From Macrostomum lignano (lineage: Eukaryota), in NCBI GenBank assembly GCA_002269645.1, contig NIVC01001126.1, forward strand, positions 248,001 through 312,000: a stretch of DNA of 64,000 nt, given 5' to 3'. Of the stretch, positions 35,518-47,998 are shown in pieces (position 1 is the stretch's first letter; every line of letters begins with the position of its first letter). The translations under genes were made by a program, and so were the position numbers. The notes under the pieces are model-generated. The model was not told the DNA's origin. It did not search any database and saw only the letters and a program-made list of their open reading frames with translations.

Positions 35518-36750
35518 CCATAGCCGTAGCTACGGCTATGGGATCAGGGATCCTATGGCAAATATGGTAAAATAAGTACCTATGTCAGCTATAGATATGA
35601 ATATGTAAGCTAGCTGCTCTAATGGCTATGACTATAGAAATATGGGCATTCTTTCATTTTACGATCCCTGAGCAGGTCAAGTTTCGTCTTACGATCCTCA
35701 TTAAAAAAGAGTCAAAAAGACACTCTAGTTTAAAAAAAAGCATGTTTCACATACATTTCAAAAATCATTGCAACTCACTTTCCAGTCAACCTAATTCATT
35801 ACTGCAACTTACTTTTTAGTCAACTTGAGGATCGTTGGTGTAGCATTACTTATGAAAGCACGTAGCTTATATTCACTTTCATCATACAATCATTTAAATG
35901 GTGAAGTTATATGTAGATGATTGCAAGATGAAACCAAAAGAGCTTATAGGTTTTGAATTACAATCACCGCATTGGTAGAATTGTATTAGAGGGGTTGTAT
36001 GATGAAAGTGAATGGATTATACATTATATCCCTGGTGAAGTTGCACCAGTTCACAGCAGCTTTGGATACAAACTGCTACATCAATCTCTATCAACAATCT
36101 ATAGGGTTCAAGAATGAAATTGTATTCATTATAAGATTCACAAGCGTCACCCCCCCCTTAATTTTGTCATACGATCCTCCCAGTTCATTGGACCTGTGTT
36201 ATACCGAGTGGTGATCTTATGACCAAAGTGAGGGGGGAGGGGGGCATGGGGCAGTGTCGGCGCCCAAAAAGGCCGTGCAAAAAGAGCCATGTAAAAAGCG
36301 GGTGGCTTTTGGTTTGCAGACATATTAGAGGCTGCAATTGATTGCTTGGTTGAAATGTCTATTATAGCGACAATTTCCTACCATTTCGTCATACAATCCT
36401 TCCAATACAATTTTACTATTAGTGTGATTGTAAGTCGAAATCTAGAAGCTCTTTCAGTTTCGTCTTGCGATCATCTGCATATAACTTTATCATTTAAATG
36501 ATCACATAACGAAAGTGAATATAAGGACAGGCTTCTAACTTCTATAAGACACAATATTTTTTGTTAAAATGGCAAACTTAGAAGTGGTCTCATTTTGAAG
36601 TTCGATTTTAAGAGCAATTTTCCGTTCTCTGTGGGGGGATTGTATAACGAAAGTATTGACTCCTATAGGGACAGTGCTAGGTGATTGTAAAATGAAAGAA
36701 TGCCAAAATATGATAGTTGTTGTCATATTCCATAGATTCCTGTAGCCGTA
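35518..36750. mobile_element. Old fold-back non-autonomous DNA element with long inverted arms
   Basis: 35870-36012 aligns at roughly 80% by eye with the reverse complement of 36375-36525. GGCATTCTTTCATTTTAC (about 35645) is inverted at about 36690. A TTTCGTCATACGATC-like motif is scattered in both orientations. Confidence 0.7.
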
Positions 36751-37723
36751 GTTATTGTGGCAGGCGGGATGCCATTGAGTTGAGTAGTTTTTTTTAACAA
36801 TTGATGACTAAATCTTTATTTTGGTCAGTCTACGCATTGATCATTAAATTATTTTTCCTGGCTTGGAGTTGTCTAGCCAATGCTCCATCAAGTGTTCTAC
36901 GCTCTGTATGCTTGCTTCCCTGTGCAAGAACTTTTGTTAGAATACACTTGCCACCCAGTTTTATGCGTAATGTTTTAAGCCCTGATCAGCATTGCCCATT
37001 GTGTTTCCCATCAGCTGCTCCCATTTGTGGACCAGCTTGCTTTACTTTTTAAACTCCTTGTTTTTCTTGTAAAATTTTATACTTCGCCCTTCTTTTTCCC
37101 TCTCTTTCTCCTTCTCATTCTGTTTTTTCTATTGCCTAATTTCTGACAAGTTTTAACTAGTTTACTTTATTCTGCTTTAGCACCTAGGTACTGCTGTTTT
37201 TCAGCTTGTTTGTAAGAATTAACTATTTGCCTGCTCAATAACTAACCATTTAATAATGCCTTAATAAACATTTATCATCTAATATTTATGTGTTGACGAT
37301 AAGCCATAGTATTTCTTGAGTCATTTGCCCGTGGGTTGTAAAATAACCCAAAGTTCTCATCTCAAAGAAAGCTCTGAGAATTATTCATTCCATAATATAT
37401 AAATTACAATGGTGGCAGCAACTACCCTACTGAAAATAACCAGCTCAGTAAAAGCAACACATTATTTTACAGTATCAGAATCTATGGCATCTCATCATTT
37501 GAATGACCGCGCCACTATACGACTGCTTTGCTATGATTACGACTACCCTCCCATTGGACTTGAGAACCTGGCAAGTGGAGTAAAACAGGAGAAAGAATTT
37601 TGTTATGATTTGTCTGCGCAATTTCTGGATTTATTCATGCGAACTCAACACCGGTAGGCCTAGCAATTCAAATGTGGAATCCACCCCACCTTCACTGGTG
37701 TCAGCAACCAATTTCAAAACACC

Positions 37724-38225
37724 CCATAGTGTAGATCATGTAGTGCACGCGAGAATTTTCCCGCGTGCATTTTCAAAAGTGGCGTGCACCGGCGTGCGAT
37801 TAGGTAAGTGTTGTGCATTTGGCGTGCATAATGCACACTACATAAATACACTGGCGTGCCTGGCATGCGCCGCGTGCCGCGTGCCTGGCACCTGATGTGG
37901 CAAAGCTGCCGATGCAATGGTAAGCAGACATAAAATACGTATTATTGTATTTAACTTTTGAAAAAAACTATTGTAAATAAACAGTGTATAAGACTGTTAA
38001 ATAAATTAATGTATTAGAAATACACGTTTTTAAAGATATATCATTTCTTTTGTACATCGTTTGTTGCTTTGTTTTACACAATGCAATTTAAAATACGTTT
38101 TTTGTCTTCAATTTGAATTTTAATTTATCGGCGTGCATCGGCGTGCATTCGCTTGTCGTCGGCATGCTTTTGGGAATTAGCTTTGGGTCGTTTCTCGCGT
38201 GCACTTAGCATGATCCACACTATGG
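37724..38225. mobile_element. MITE with about 32-bp TIRs and an 8-bp TSD (hAT/P-like)
   Basis: TIR CCATAGTGTAGATCATGTAGTGCACGCGAGAA, inverted at 38193-38225. Perfect TSD AAAACACC at 37716-37723 and 38226-38233. Confidence 0.88.
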
Positions 38226-38543
38226 AAAACACCCAACTTCCTCATCTTATTATTATTTTATTAATGTTAAAAAACTTAAAAATATTAGAAACAGGTAGAG
38301 TAAAACAAGGATACTTTTAGTAAACTATATTATCAACTTAGAAACTTTTAAAATATACCTAAAAAAGTACAATAAAACACTAGCAAACTCTAATTTTTAT
38401 AAATGTGAAAAAGTTCAGCATTAGTACTTTAGAGTTTAGTAACAATTAAGACTTAAGTATTGTTGCTCTAAAAAAGGATAGTAAATGGACCCTCCTTAGG
38501 GCAGAACACTACTGCAAATGAATTAATATTTAATATCATGGAT

Positions 38544-38840
38544 CATACACGCGCAACAGTCGGCCGAGTCGGCCGATCCGGCCGACTGATTTGGTGGCCA
38601 ACAAAGGAAGTCGCGAAAAGGCCCACCTGAAAAAATACCCAAGTAGTTGTACTAAGTAGCTGACGAGGCATTTTGGCTTAAAAGGACAGTCATAGTTACT
38701 CCTGCCGTTTACCCAAAGTTGCGTTAATTTTGCTTTAGGGTTTTTTACATGTAAGTCGCATTTTTGGCCAAAAACTACGTCGCATTTTTGTTAAAACTAA
38801 GTCGCACGGCCGACCGAATTTTGGAGGTTGCTCATGTATG
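38544..38840. mobile_element. MITE of the CATACATGCGCAAC-TIR family
   Basis: Ends CATACACGCGCAAC and GTTGCTCATGTATG. Perfect TSD TCATGGAT at 38536-38543 and 38841-38848. The interior is homologous to 48770-49004 in opposite orientation. Confidence 0.88.
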
Positions 38841-38857
38841 TCATGGATGCTAATTTT

Positions 38858-39541
38858 TAGAGCTGTCAAAATTAGAGATTTTATTCGAGACGAGATTCGA
38901 GACAAGTAAGGCTTATAAGTCGAGAATTTCGAGACGAGACAAGACAAAGTAAATCTAAAAAATATATTTCAGAATTGCATCTTGTCTTGCTCTTATCTTG
39001 CCTTATCTTGTCTTAAATTTCTTGATAAGATACAATTCTAAAATATATTTTTTAGATTTTCCAGAATACTTTCTTAATTCTAGTTTAAATTTTTTGCTAT
39101 TTATTCATAAGAATTTATGCTTGTAGCATATAGGCCCTTGGCCCTACTATGTCTATTACTAATTCATCAAAAGACCTGTGTAGATTGTCTTTAAGTCTAC
39201 TATGATACACCTTGCTGCAGAACTGAAATGATAACTAAAAGAGCACATATGCAATGCAAACTCGTATATAACGACGTTTGTTAAATAACTGCTCGACATT
39301 GGCTAGATTTTACCATTTGAAAATTGCCCTATCAAGTGTGTTACAACAAACAGTTGTATTTATATGAAAATTTGCTCCCCTTTTTGTATCTTATCACTTA
39401 AAAGCTTTTGAAAAAGGGTATCAGAAAAATTCTTGAATCTCGTCTCAAATTTCTTGACAAAATTCGAGATTTCTCGAGACGAGAAAAAATGTCGAGATCT
39501 TGTCTCGAATCTTGTCTCGTCGAGATCTCGTGACAGCTCTA
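38858..39541. mobile_element. hAT-like MITE with CGAGA subterminal repeats
   Basis: TIR TAGAGCTGTCA / TGACAGCTCTA. Perfect TSD CTAATTTT at 38850-38857 and 39542-39549. Internal hairpin at about 38952-39059. Confidence 0.88.
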
Positions 39542-40371
39542 CTAATTTTAGGCTTAATCTTGAATCTCAATTGAATGCTCTTGATTATCTCAAAAACATA
39601 GGCCTATATCTTGAGTCTAAAAAATCTCTAAAACATGATATTGTCCAATTAACCCCTATAAAAAAGGTGCGCTTAAGCTAGGCCCTTGCATTATTTAAAA
39701 TTTAAATAGCATTGTTTATTAATTTAGATAATAGGGCCTATAGAATATGCCTATTAAAATTAAAAATACATAGATTAGATATAAATATAATATTAGGCCC
39801 TAAAAAAGCCATAGATCCACAGAGAGTCAATTTATTAAATTCTTTAGATATAAAATAAGCCTACCTACTATAGTATAGTTTTTGCTTTATTACTGAGCCA
39901 ATCGGCCCATTAAATTCTGAGGTTGGTTCATTCACTCGACTCTTCGTCTTCACTGGTTGGTTGTAGAGATTCCATCCTTCTCCATAATGACATTTCAGTA
40001 ACCCAGTTTGATTTTCAGCGACCAAGTTAATGAAGCCTAAATTATAAAAAAATCTTACATACCGTTTAGTAATATAAAATCTTAAGCTTTAACATCAACA
40101 ATATGAGTGACGTGTATTATACAAGTTTTTAAAAAATATTAATTCGCGCGGCTTAAGCCCGTTCCCTCTTTCAAACACGTGCGATTTAAAAAGCTTAACA
40201 ACATCCTTAATATTAATTCGTAATTGTATACTTTTTCTATATTAAATTATTAAAAGCTAAACATATAAAGTTATTTTTTGTCTATACTAATAGAAACTAA
40301 ACGTTTTGCATACTGTTTTGAAAAACACTTTTTCGCGTGTTTTTTGGGTGACACAGTCCTGGATTTGGGAT

Positions 40372-40778
40372 TAGAGCCTCTTCATATCGCCAGTTCGAAA
40401 AATGGAACCGGTTCGACGCTCTTCATATCGATGGTTTGAAAAACAGAACCAGTTCCGGAACATGGTTCTGTTTCTGGAAAATGTTCGAGAAATTTTCTCG
40501 AACCGTTGTCATGTTTACACGTTAACAGTAAAATATATTTGAAATCGTCAATTTTTTATTATTGATATATAATTATTCCGTTTTTTGTCATATCCAAGAG
40601 GAAACGAGGACACGAGGTCATAGAACGACAAAATTAAATTGTAAAGACTGCCAAACATAAAATAGGTTCGAAGCTTCTCATTTCACAATCACACTGGTTC
40701 TGGACTGGTTCTAGAACTCGAATTTATTCCAATTAGAACCATGGCAAATAGAACCAATTGCCATAAAGAGGCCTCCTA
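40372..40778. mobile_element. Degenerate hAT-like MITE with GAACC subterminal repeats
   Basis: The left end TAGAGCCTCTTCATAT is weakly inverted at the right end ATAAAGAGGCCTCCTA. GAACC/GGTTC motifs are clustered at both ends; the TSD is degenerate. Confidence 0.45.
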
Positions 40779-40829
40779 GTGGGACCCCTTTTTCGCTTTC
40801 AAAAAAATTATCCTGCACATGTGGTCACT

Positions 40830-41312
40830 GATCACTTTGGCGACAAGTCGCTTTGGTGACAGTCATTTCGGTGACACGTTTGGATCACTTCAGCAACCAA
40901 CAATTAATAGGCCTAACAGCTAAAGAATGTATGTATTTTTTGCCAATCAAACTTCACGATTACAAAGCAACACAAATTTATATTTTTGTATAGGCCTATT
41001 TAGGTATTTAGTTAGGTAGCCTATATTTATTCTCAATTTAATAAACAGAAGGCGAGTTTAACATAAGCTCTAGTGGGGGATGTAAATGTGCATGCATTAC
41101 TATGTACTCGTACATTAACCAATCAGAATGGGGGTATGAAAGGCAGCATGAATAACAAAATACTGAAGATTTGTATTGCTTTTTTAATAAATCTGGATAA
41201 ATCATACTTTTTAATTGTGAAGTTTCATTGGCAAAAAAATATGTCCTTTAGTTGTTATTAATTGTTGCCAAAGCGATCCAAATGTCACCAAAATGACTGT
41301 CGCCAAAGTGCA
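40830..41312. mobile_element. MITE with CACTTTGGCGACAGT-type repeated terminal motifs
   Basis: CACTTTGGCGACA..GTCATTTCGGTGACA..TTTGGATCACTT at the left is inverted at 41262-41312. A further array of the same motif lies at 43165-43235. Confidence 0.65.
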
Positions 41313-41450
41313 AGGTGCTCATGCCCTCTTTTATCTCCTTTATTTAAAAGATTTTTGGGACTGTTATGTTTTAGATATGAATGTTATATTATGGCATGGT
41401 CGTCTTGTCTGTGCTGACATTATAAAGACATTATAAAGCTAAGGTCATAG

Positions 41451-42133
41451 GCGGATGCCCGTCAAAACAGCTACACAACAAAATGGCCACACGACAAAAC
41501 GGCCACATAAAAAAAGGGTTGCAGATCGACTGTTCTATTCGTTATGTTAAGGAAGCTTCGTTATGTTAGGCCCCTAATTATTTGGCTGTTGCTGTGATCT
41601 AATTGCGCTCTACATACTTAAGCCACTCTCCCAAAGGCCCATTCAGGTGAGCAGGTGAGCAGGCAGATCGCAGCTGTTTCTGTTTGAAGTTTGGCAGAAT
41701 ATCATTTAATGGCAGGTAAGCCAGGGCCATCACCTTTCTGCAGAATCTACGCAATGAGTAAGACACTGCGTAGCTGCATGCAAGGCCAAGCTGCTGCAGA
41801 TGGCGATACAGTGCTTGGCAAAAATGGAAGTTGCATCTGTGCAGCATTGCAGTGCTGAGCACAGTACGCGCAGCTACCCAAAATGCCTGCTCTCTCTCTC
41901 TGCAACCATCCACCTTTATTCTTAATTGACCAATGTCTCGGCCCCCATGTATACCACCCCCGATCATTCATCATTTATCTTTCTACTTAAATGTACATTC
42001 AACCCTCCACTTTTCTTATCTCTTATTATTACAAATTATTACATTGTGTGGCCATTTTGTTGTGTGGCCGTTTTGATGGTATGGCCGTTTTGTCGTGTGG
42101 CCGTTCTGCGTGTGGCCGTTTTGACGGCACCCC
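41451..42133 (-). mobile_element. Deleted Mutator (MULE) element retaining a transposase fragment
   Basis: Inverted terminal arrays of GTCAAAACGGCCACAC-like motifs. GTCATAG is directly repeated at 41444-41450 and 42134-42140. The interior (about 41620-41900) encodes AFWVAARTVLSTAMLHRCNFHFCQALYRHLQQLGL...CRKVMALAYLP, the MULE C-x-F-H region. Confidence 0.85.
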
Positions 42134-42590
42134 GTCATAGACAACTTAATTCGGTCTGTCTGCGACAGGGACTTTCTCCTTTATTTTAGCCACTTTAGCT
42201 ACTAGGATTCACTTGTACTTAATATATTGTTAGTTTAAGGTCCTTATAAATAATCTTTTAAAATTTATTCTATCAACTTGTATTATTTTCCTAGGCAAAG
42301 TTATGTAGAAAAATAGTTTATAAGTCTAAGCAAAGGTTTGTAGGCCTATATATGACTAGTTAATATTTGAACAACTTTAAAGTAGCAACCCTAGGTTAGC
42401 CACAATATTAGATATGTGTAACTATCAAGCTAGAAATATACAAGTTTTTTTCAAGACTGCAAATTGGCTAGAAAGATTATGTGATCAAAGCAGTCAATAA
42501 ATAGGCCACAGAATGAAACAATTATGAGAGTACTACATCCTTTGAGAGTACAACTGGGAGAGTACATGAGAGTACAACTGGCTTTTGAAG

Positions 42591-42720
42591 TAGGGATTGG
42601 CAGATTTTTATCTCAAAGGCCAGATAAAGAATCTAGCTAATGGCTATAGGGGCAGATGAGAGTAGAAAGAAAAATTAATAGACAATAAGAGAAAGAAGAA
42701 GTAAGAGAAAGGATAAGAAA
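42591..42720. mobile_element. Decayed copy of the hAT (Charlie-like) MITE seen at 52593-53056
   Basis: TAGGGATTGGCAGATTTTTATCTCAAAGGCCAGATAAAGAATCTAG aligns with the reverse complement of the right end of the younger copy and is followed by a GA-rich tract. A further decayed copy lies at about 46625-46900. Confidence 0.65.
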
Positions 42721-43387
42721 ATATTTAGACATTCAGAACTATGGCCATCCATCTTAGTGAGTGAGACTGAGTGGCTATCTTGTCTTATACCCCTAGAGGC
42801 CTAGATTGCTAGATAGGCCTATACCCGATTATACCATTGAATTTGCCACACAAAAGCTATCAAGTAAATGGCAGGCTTTTTGTCAAATTAAGTGCACTAA
42901 AAAAGGCAGTCCAGTGAGCCAAAAAATAAAAATGAAAAATAGGCAAAACAAATGTTCTTTATTCTTTAAAACCATAGCCTATCTATAAGTAGGCCTATAT
43001 ATCCTCAAAAAAGTTTGAAATAAATATATAGGAAATTGTTCTGAAAACATGCATGGATATCCATCAGTAAACAAACCCACATGGCACACACATCATTTCA
43101 TTTCAGATTATGGACAGATAGAAAGAGACAGTATAGTTTGGAGCATGTGCATACACAAATTATAATCACTTTGGCAACAAGTCACTTTGGCGACAGTCAC
43201 TTCAGTGACAGTCACTTTGGCAACAAGTCACTTCCAGGGTGCCCGCACATTTTGAGAAAGTAAAATAAAGGAGGCTATTTGACTGATCCCAAAATAAAGG
43301 AGATTTAATTTGGTAACGTAACAATGACAGGCAATGTCTATCTAAGGCCTATATAGGCAAACTCTGGCCTTTTGCCTTTGCATCTCT

Positions 43388-43880
43388 ATGTCCTTTGGGT
43401 CCTTTAAAACTTCTATCTTTTTTCTGTCTCCTCTCTTCTCTCTCTTATTTTATCTCTTTTCTATTCTTCCCATTCTCCTGTACTCTTTACTCTTTTCTTT
43501 TCACTCTTATTTTGCTCATTTCTATTCTATTTTTCTACTCTTTCCTGTATCCTCTAGGCTCTCTTATCTTTCCTCTTATCTCTCCCTTCTTCTTTTCTCT
43601 TTCCTTTGCTATCCCCTCTATCTCTTCTCTTCTTTTAACTCTTCTTTATTATCTCTTTTCTTTAATCTCTCCTCTTTCATCTGTTTTTTGCTCTCTCATC
43701 TTTACTCACATCTTTCTCCTCTCTCCTCCTCTTCTCTTTTCTTTTATATCCTCTCTCTCTCATCTTATCTCTCCTCTTTTTTCTTGTCTCTCTTATTTGC
43801 CTCTTCCCCTCTTTTGTCCTTGCACTCCTCTTCCTCCTCTTTTTTCTCTCCTTACCCTCCTGTCTATTCTTATATTTTAT
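43388..43880. repeat. CT-rich low-complexity tract
   Basis: Direct reading. It is preceded by GGCAAACTCTGGCC, which resembles the left end of the Charlie-like MITE. Confidence 0.85.
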
Positions 43881-46800
43881 CTAGATAAGAATAGGCCTAG
43901 GCCTAAATCTAATACATTTAAATTCTTGTTTTTATTAATTGGTAATAAGTATCAACTATCAATACATCAACATAATATTAAGTATTGGAATGTCAAAAAT
44001 GGTCATGTTCCTACACTTTTAAATTAAGAAGGCCATCAATAGTACCTCCCCCCCTTTAAAGCAATTTTTCTTTAAATAAAGTCCTATTATTTTTATGATT
44101 TTCAAATCATATATGCCATAGTATAGATCATGCTGGGTGCATGCCCAAACAAAAATTGATAAGTACAAATGCAAGCCAAAAAATTGATAACAATAAATGA
44201 CATTTTTTACATTGTGAGAATAAACAACCTTTTTTCATTGCATAAAAGACACTTTTAACAGATAATTTGGTTCATTTTTCTGCTTTTTTGCCAATATTAT
44301 TTATAGTGGAAAATTGATACATGCAAAGATTTGTTTAAATGAAAAAAGTACAGCAGTAAGTAGTAAGAAGAAAGAAAAGAATAGAAATTAATGCCAGGGT
44401 TTTTCATTTGAAAATATGAAATGTGGCACTTTGCCACAGGGTTTTACAATTGAACCTAACTTTTGGCTACTATAAGTTTGGCTATATAAAGCAATGACTT
44501 CAAACTTGACACAATTTTTCTTTGATTTATTTTTCCTCCTATATACTTACACTAAAAATAAAAGTCTTTCTTGCTTGTATATGTGCAATCAATTTTCTCT
44601 CAAATGGCTTAACAGATTTTCATGTGACTGTATATTTGTCTTGGCTAAGAAATTGCTTAATGCTAAAGGGATTAAATATTCAAAAACATGCTTTTTTGCA
44701 AAGGTCAAGCAAACTTTTTGACTTGAAATGCATTGTAAGAATGCTAGAAAAAAAACTGATTGGTTGAATTCTGATTATGAAATAGATTGCATCATAACTG
44801 AAATATAGCTCTGACTTGAATTGTGTCACAGTATTGAAAATGTAGTGTGAAGTGTAGCACCAGACTTGATTTAGATTGCATAACCATATTGTTAACTGAT
44901 ATTGACTGACTGAGAAATTGATTATATCATAACTGCTTTGTGTGATCTTGCTTGCAAACTCTATGCTTGGAGTTTGGAAAATGTTGAATTATAAGTTTTG
45001 TTTAATTAAAGTTTTTTAATGCCAAGTAAACTAAAAAACTTTTTAAAAAAAGCATTATGTAAAAAAAATCATAGAAGTGTCATGTAAAAATTATAGAAGC
45101 ATCATGTAAACAATCATAGAAGCATCATATAAAAATCATAGAAGTGTCACATAAAAATCATAGAAGCATCATGCAACTAATAATAGAAGCGTCATATAAA
45201 CAATCATGACGTGACATGACATGTCATGACATACCTCATATAGAAACTAATAAAAGTGTAATTTAAAAAATCATAGAAGCATCATGGAATAGTAAATGTC
45301 ATGTCAAAATTAAATAAAGCTATTGTGCTCTGATTCTTAGGGAGAATTATTGAGATGTCAAGGCTCACAGAGAATACCTGAAATATAAATGATTATGGGG
45401 GGTTTCTAAGATGCCAAAGCAAAAGTCAGAAGCTACTTCAAAGTACATGTAGTTTACTCAATTTTTATTATATTCTTTATTGGCTCGCCACAAGGGGGGC
45501 GCTGATAAAAGAAGAGTCATGTAAAAAGAAAAAAAGCACTATGTAGACATAAAAGAAGAGTAATGTTGGAGTTAAAAGATTCATTTGGGAATTGCTATGA
45601 TGTCAAGGCTTGGGGGGAATCATTATAGTGCTATGATTCTTAAAGAAGGAATCACTAAAATGTCAAGGCTTAGAGGAGAAGAATTGCTGAGATTTCAAGG
45701 CTTTAGGGTTGGGTTAAAGTTATGTTTAGGTCAGGTTTGGGTTTATGGTTAGGGTTTAGAGGGTTTCAAGGTTGATAGGGGATTTTTCAGGTTTCAAGTT
45801 TTATAGGCGGCATCGCTAAGATGTCAAGGCTTATGGGGAAAATAGCTGAGATATCAAAGCTAAAGTCAGAAGCTACATATAGTTTATTAAAAACTTTTTA
45901 TTATATTATTTGTTGGCTCCTCATAGGGGGGTTGCTGATAGAAAAAAACAATTTAAAAAATAAAAGAAGCTTCATGTCAAAGTTAGAGATTCATTTGCGA
46001 ATCCCTACGATGTCAAGGCTTGCAGGGAATCATTATAATGCTGTAGTGCTATAGTGACTCTTGGAGAGAATTACTGAAATGTCAATGCTTTAGGGTTAGT
46101 GTTAGTCTAGGGTAAGGGTTAGGTTGAGATTTTTTTTATTTCAAGGGGGACATCGCTGAGATGTCAAAGGGAGAGTTGATATTTTAAGGCTTGTGAAGGG
46201 AATTGCTGACATGTCAAGGCTTATAAGAGACTACATGATGGGGCATATTGCAAAGAGACACTATATGTAGTTTATTAAAAAACTTGTAATGCATTTTTTA
46301 GCTCCTTAATGAGGACTGCTAATTGCTAGTCTCTGTATAAATGTAATGTCTTAGCTCTATAACTCAATCAGGATAAGCATGTGAAGTTTGTCTGTTTTTT
46401 CTAGTTTTTTTGCTACTCTACTCATTCCCTCATAGCTTTATTTGCACCTCTATAGAAAGGCTTTTAGCCATGATAGTTTAATGAGAGATTCTAGCCACTG
46501 CCTTATTAAGAGTATTTTGTCACACAAACTGGCTTTCTAAGCACTTGACCTAATGCTATAGGATTTGCCCTAAATAGTATCAGTATCACCCTGCTACTCT
46601 CTGGAGCATGGTGACTCGAGACTTATATTTTTTACCTTGAGGGCCCAATAGAGAATTTAGCTCATGGCTATAGACCAGATGAGAGGAAAATAAAGGGGAT
46701 AGAGGAAAACGTTGATAAAACATGAGATAAAACATGAGAAAGAACATAAGAGTTAAAAGGAGAGAGTAAATAAAAGAATAGCAAAAAGAAGAGATGTGAG

Positions 46801-47998
46801 AGTAAAGAGAAAAAAGAAAAGAAAGATAAAAGAGCAGATGAGAGAGTATAGAGAAGAGATGAGATGAGAGGAGAGGAAAAAGTAGAGAGAGGAGAAAACA
46901 AATATCAGAGACTAGAATTAAGTAGTGCATGCTTTAGACAGATATTACTTGTCAATCTGTGGCAACCCCAATCAACAAAATCAATGGTTGCCTCAAATTT
47001 TTAAATATAACACAAATTTACTCCAATTTTTTTATTTAACTCTATTCTTACTATTAACAAGTTTTTTTAGTATAGCTTCACATTTTAATGCATGCAAAAA
47101 AGTTCTGGGGATTGGACTTTAGCAGGTTCAAAATCTGCAGGTTTTGGTAGCTTGTATAAAATAAAAATAAATGTTTTCAATGTTTACAACTCAAAGCTCA
47201 AAAAAGAGGATATGCCAAATTTAAATTTAATGTGTGCCAAAGTGGCACCTAGCCTTCTAATGATTTGTGCCATTTTGGAAAAATTTAGCAAGGGCACAAA
47301 TTTGGCACAAAACCCTAAATATAAGAGTGCAAAGATGAGAGATGAGAGATAAGATAATAGATAAGGGAGTATAGACCATGAGAGAAGATAAGAACAGAGA
47401 GGAGATAAAAAGATAAAAAATAAGTGAGTAAAGAGGAAAGAAAATAGGAGAGTCTCTGATGTAATATAGTATAGTATACTCGTATAGTAGTAAAATTTTG
47501 TAGAGGATAGTATTGCATGGTATAATTCAATTCATTATACCATACAAAATTTCATGCAAAAGATATAGCAAAGTTTTTTTCAAGTCTAAAACATAGTGAA
47601 GATAGAAAACAGTATTTTTTGAATAGCACACTTGGGGTAGAAATCTAGCACATTGTATACTTTAACCATACTTGAGCAGGCATGAGTTATCTGCATTTAA
47701 CTGCTCTGTTTATCAATTCAATGCACTGTGTCTGGGCCATATACCATAGAAAAATTGAATCGCATATGATTGGCAATTATCTTCATATGAATGCGCAAAT
47801 TCTTAAATGAAATTCTTAAATGAAAAATATAACCATGTTTTACTAAATAACTTATGTCTTTCTAACCATAACTGGCAAATATCTGAAACTTAAAGAAGTG
47901 TAATTCTCATTTGTTGGCCCATCAATCATAGAATCAAATTTGTAAACTTCGCCAGTAAAATCGAAAATTCACTTCAAAATTGGTTTTTCAAACTTCAG

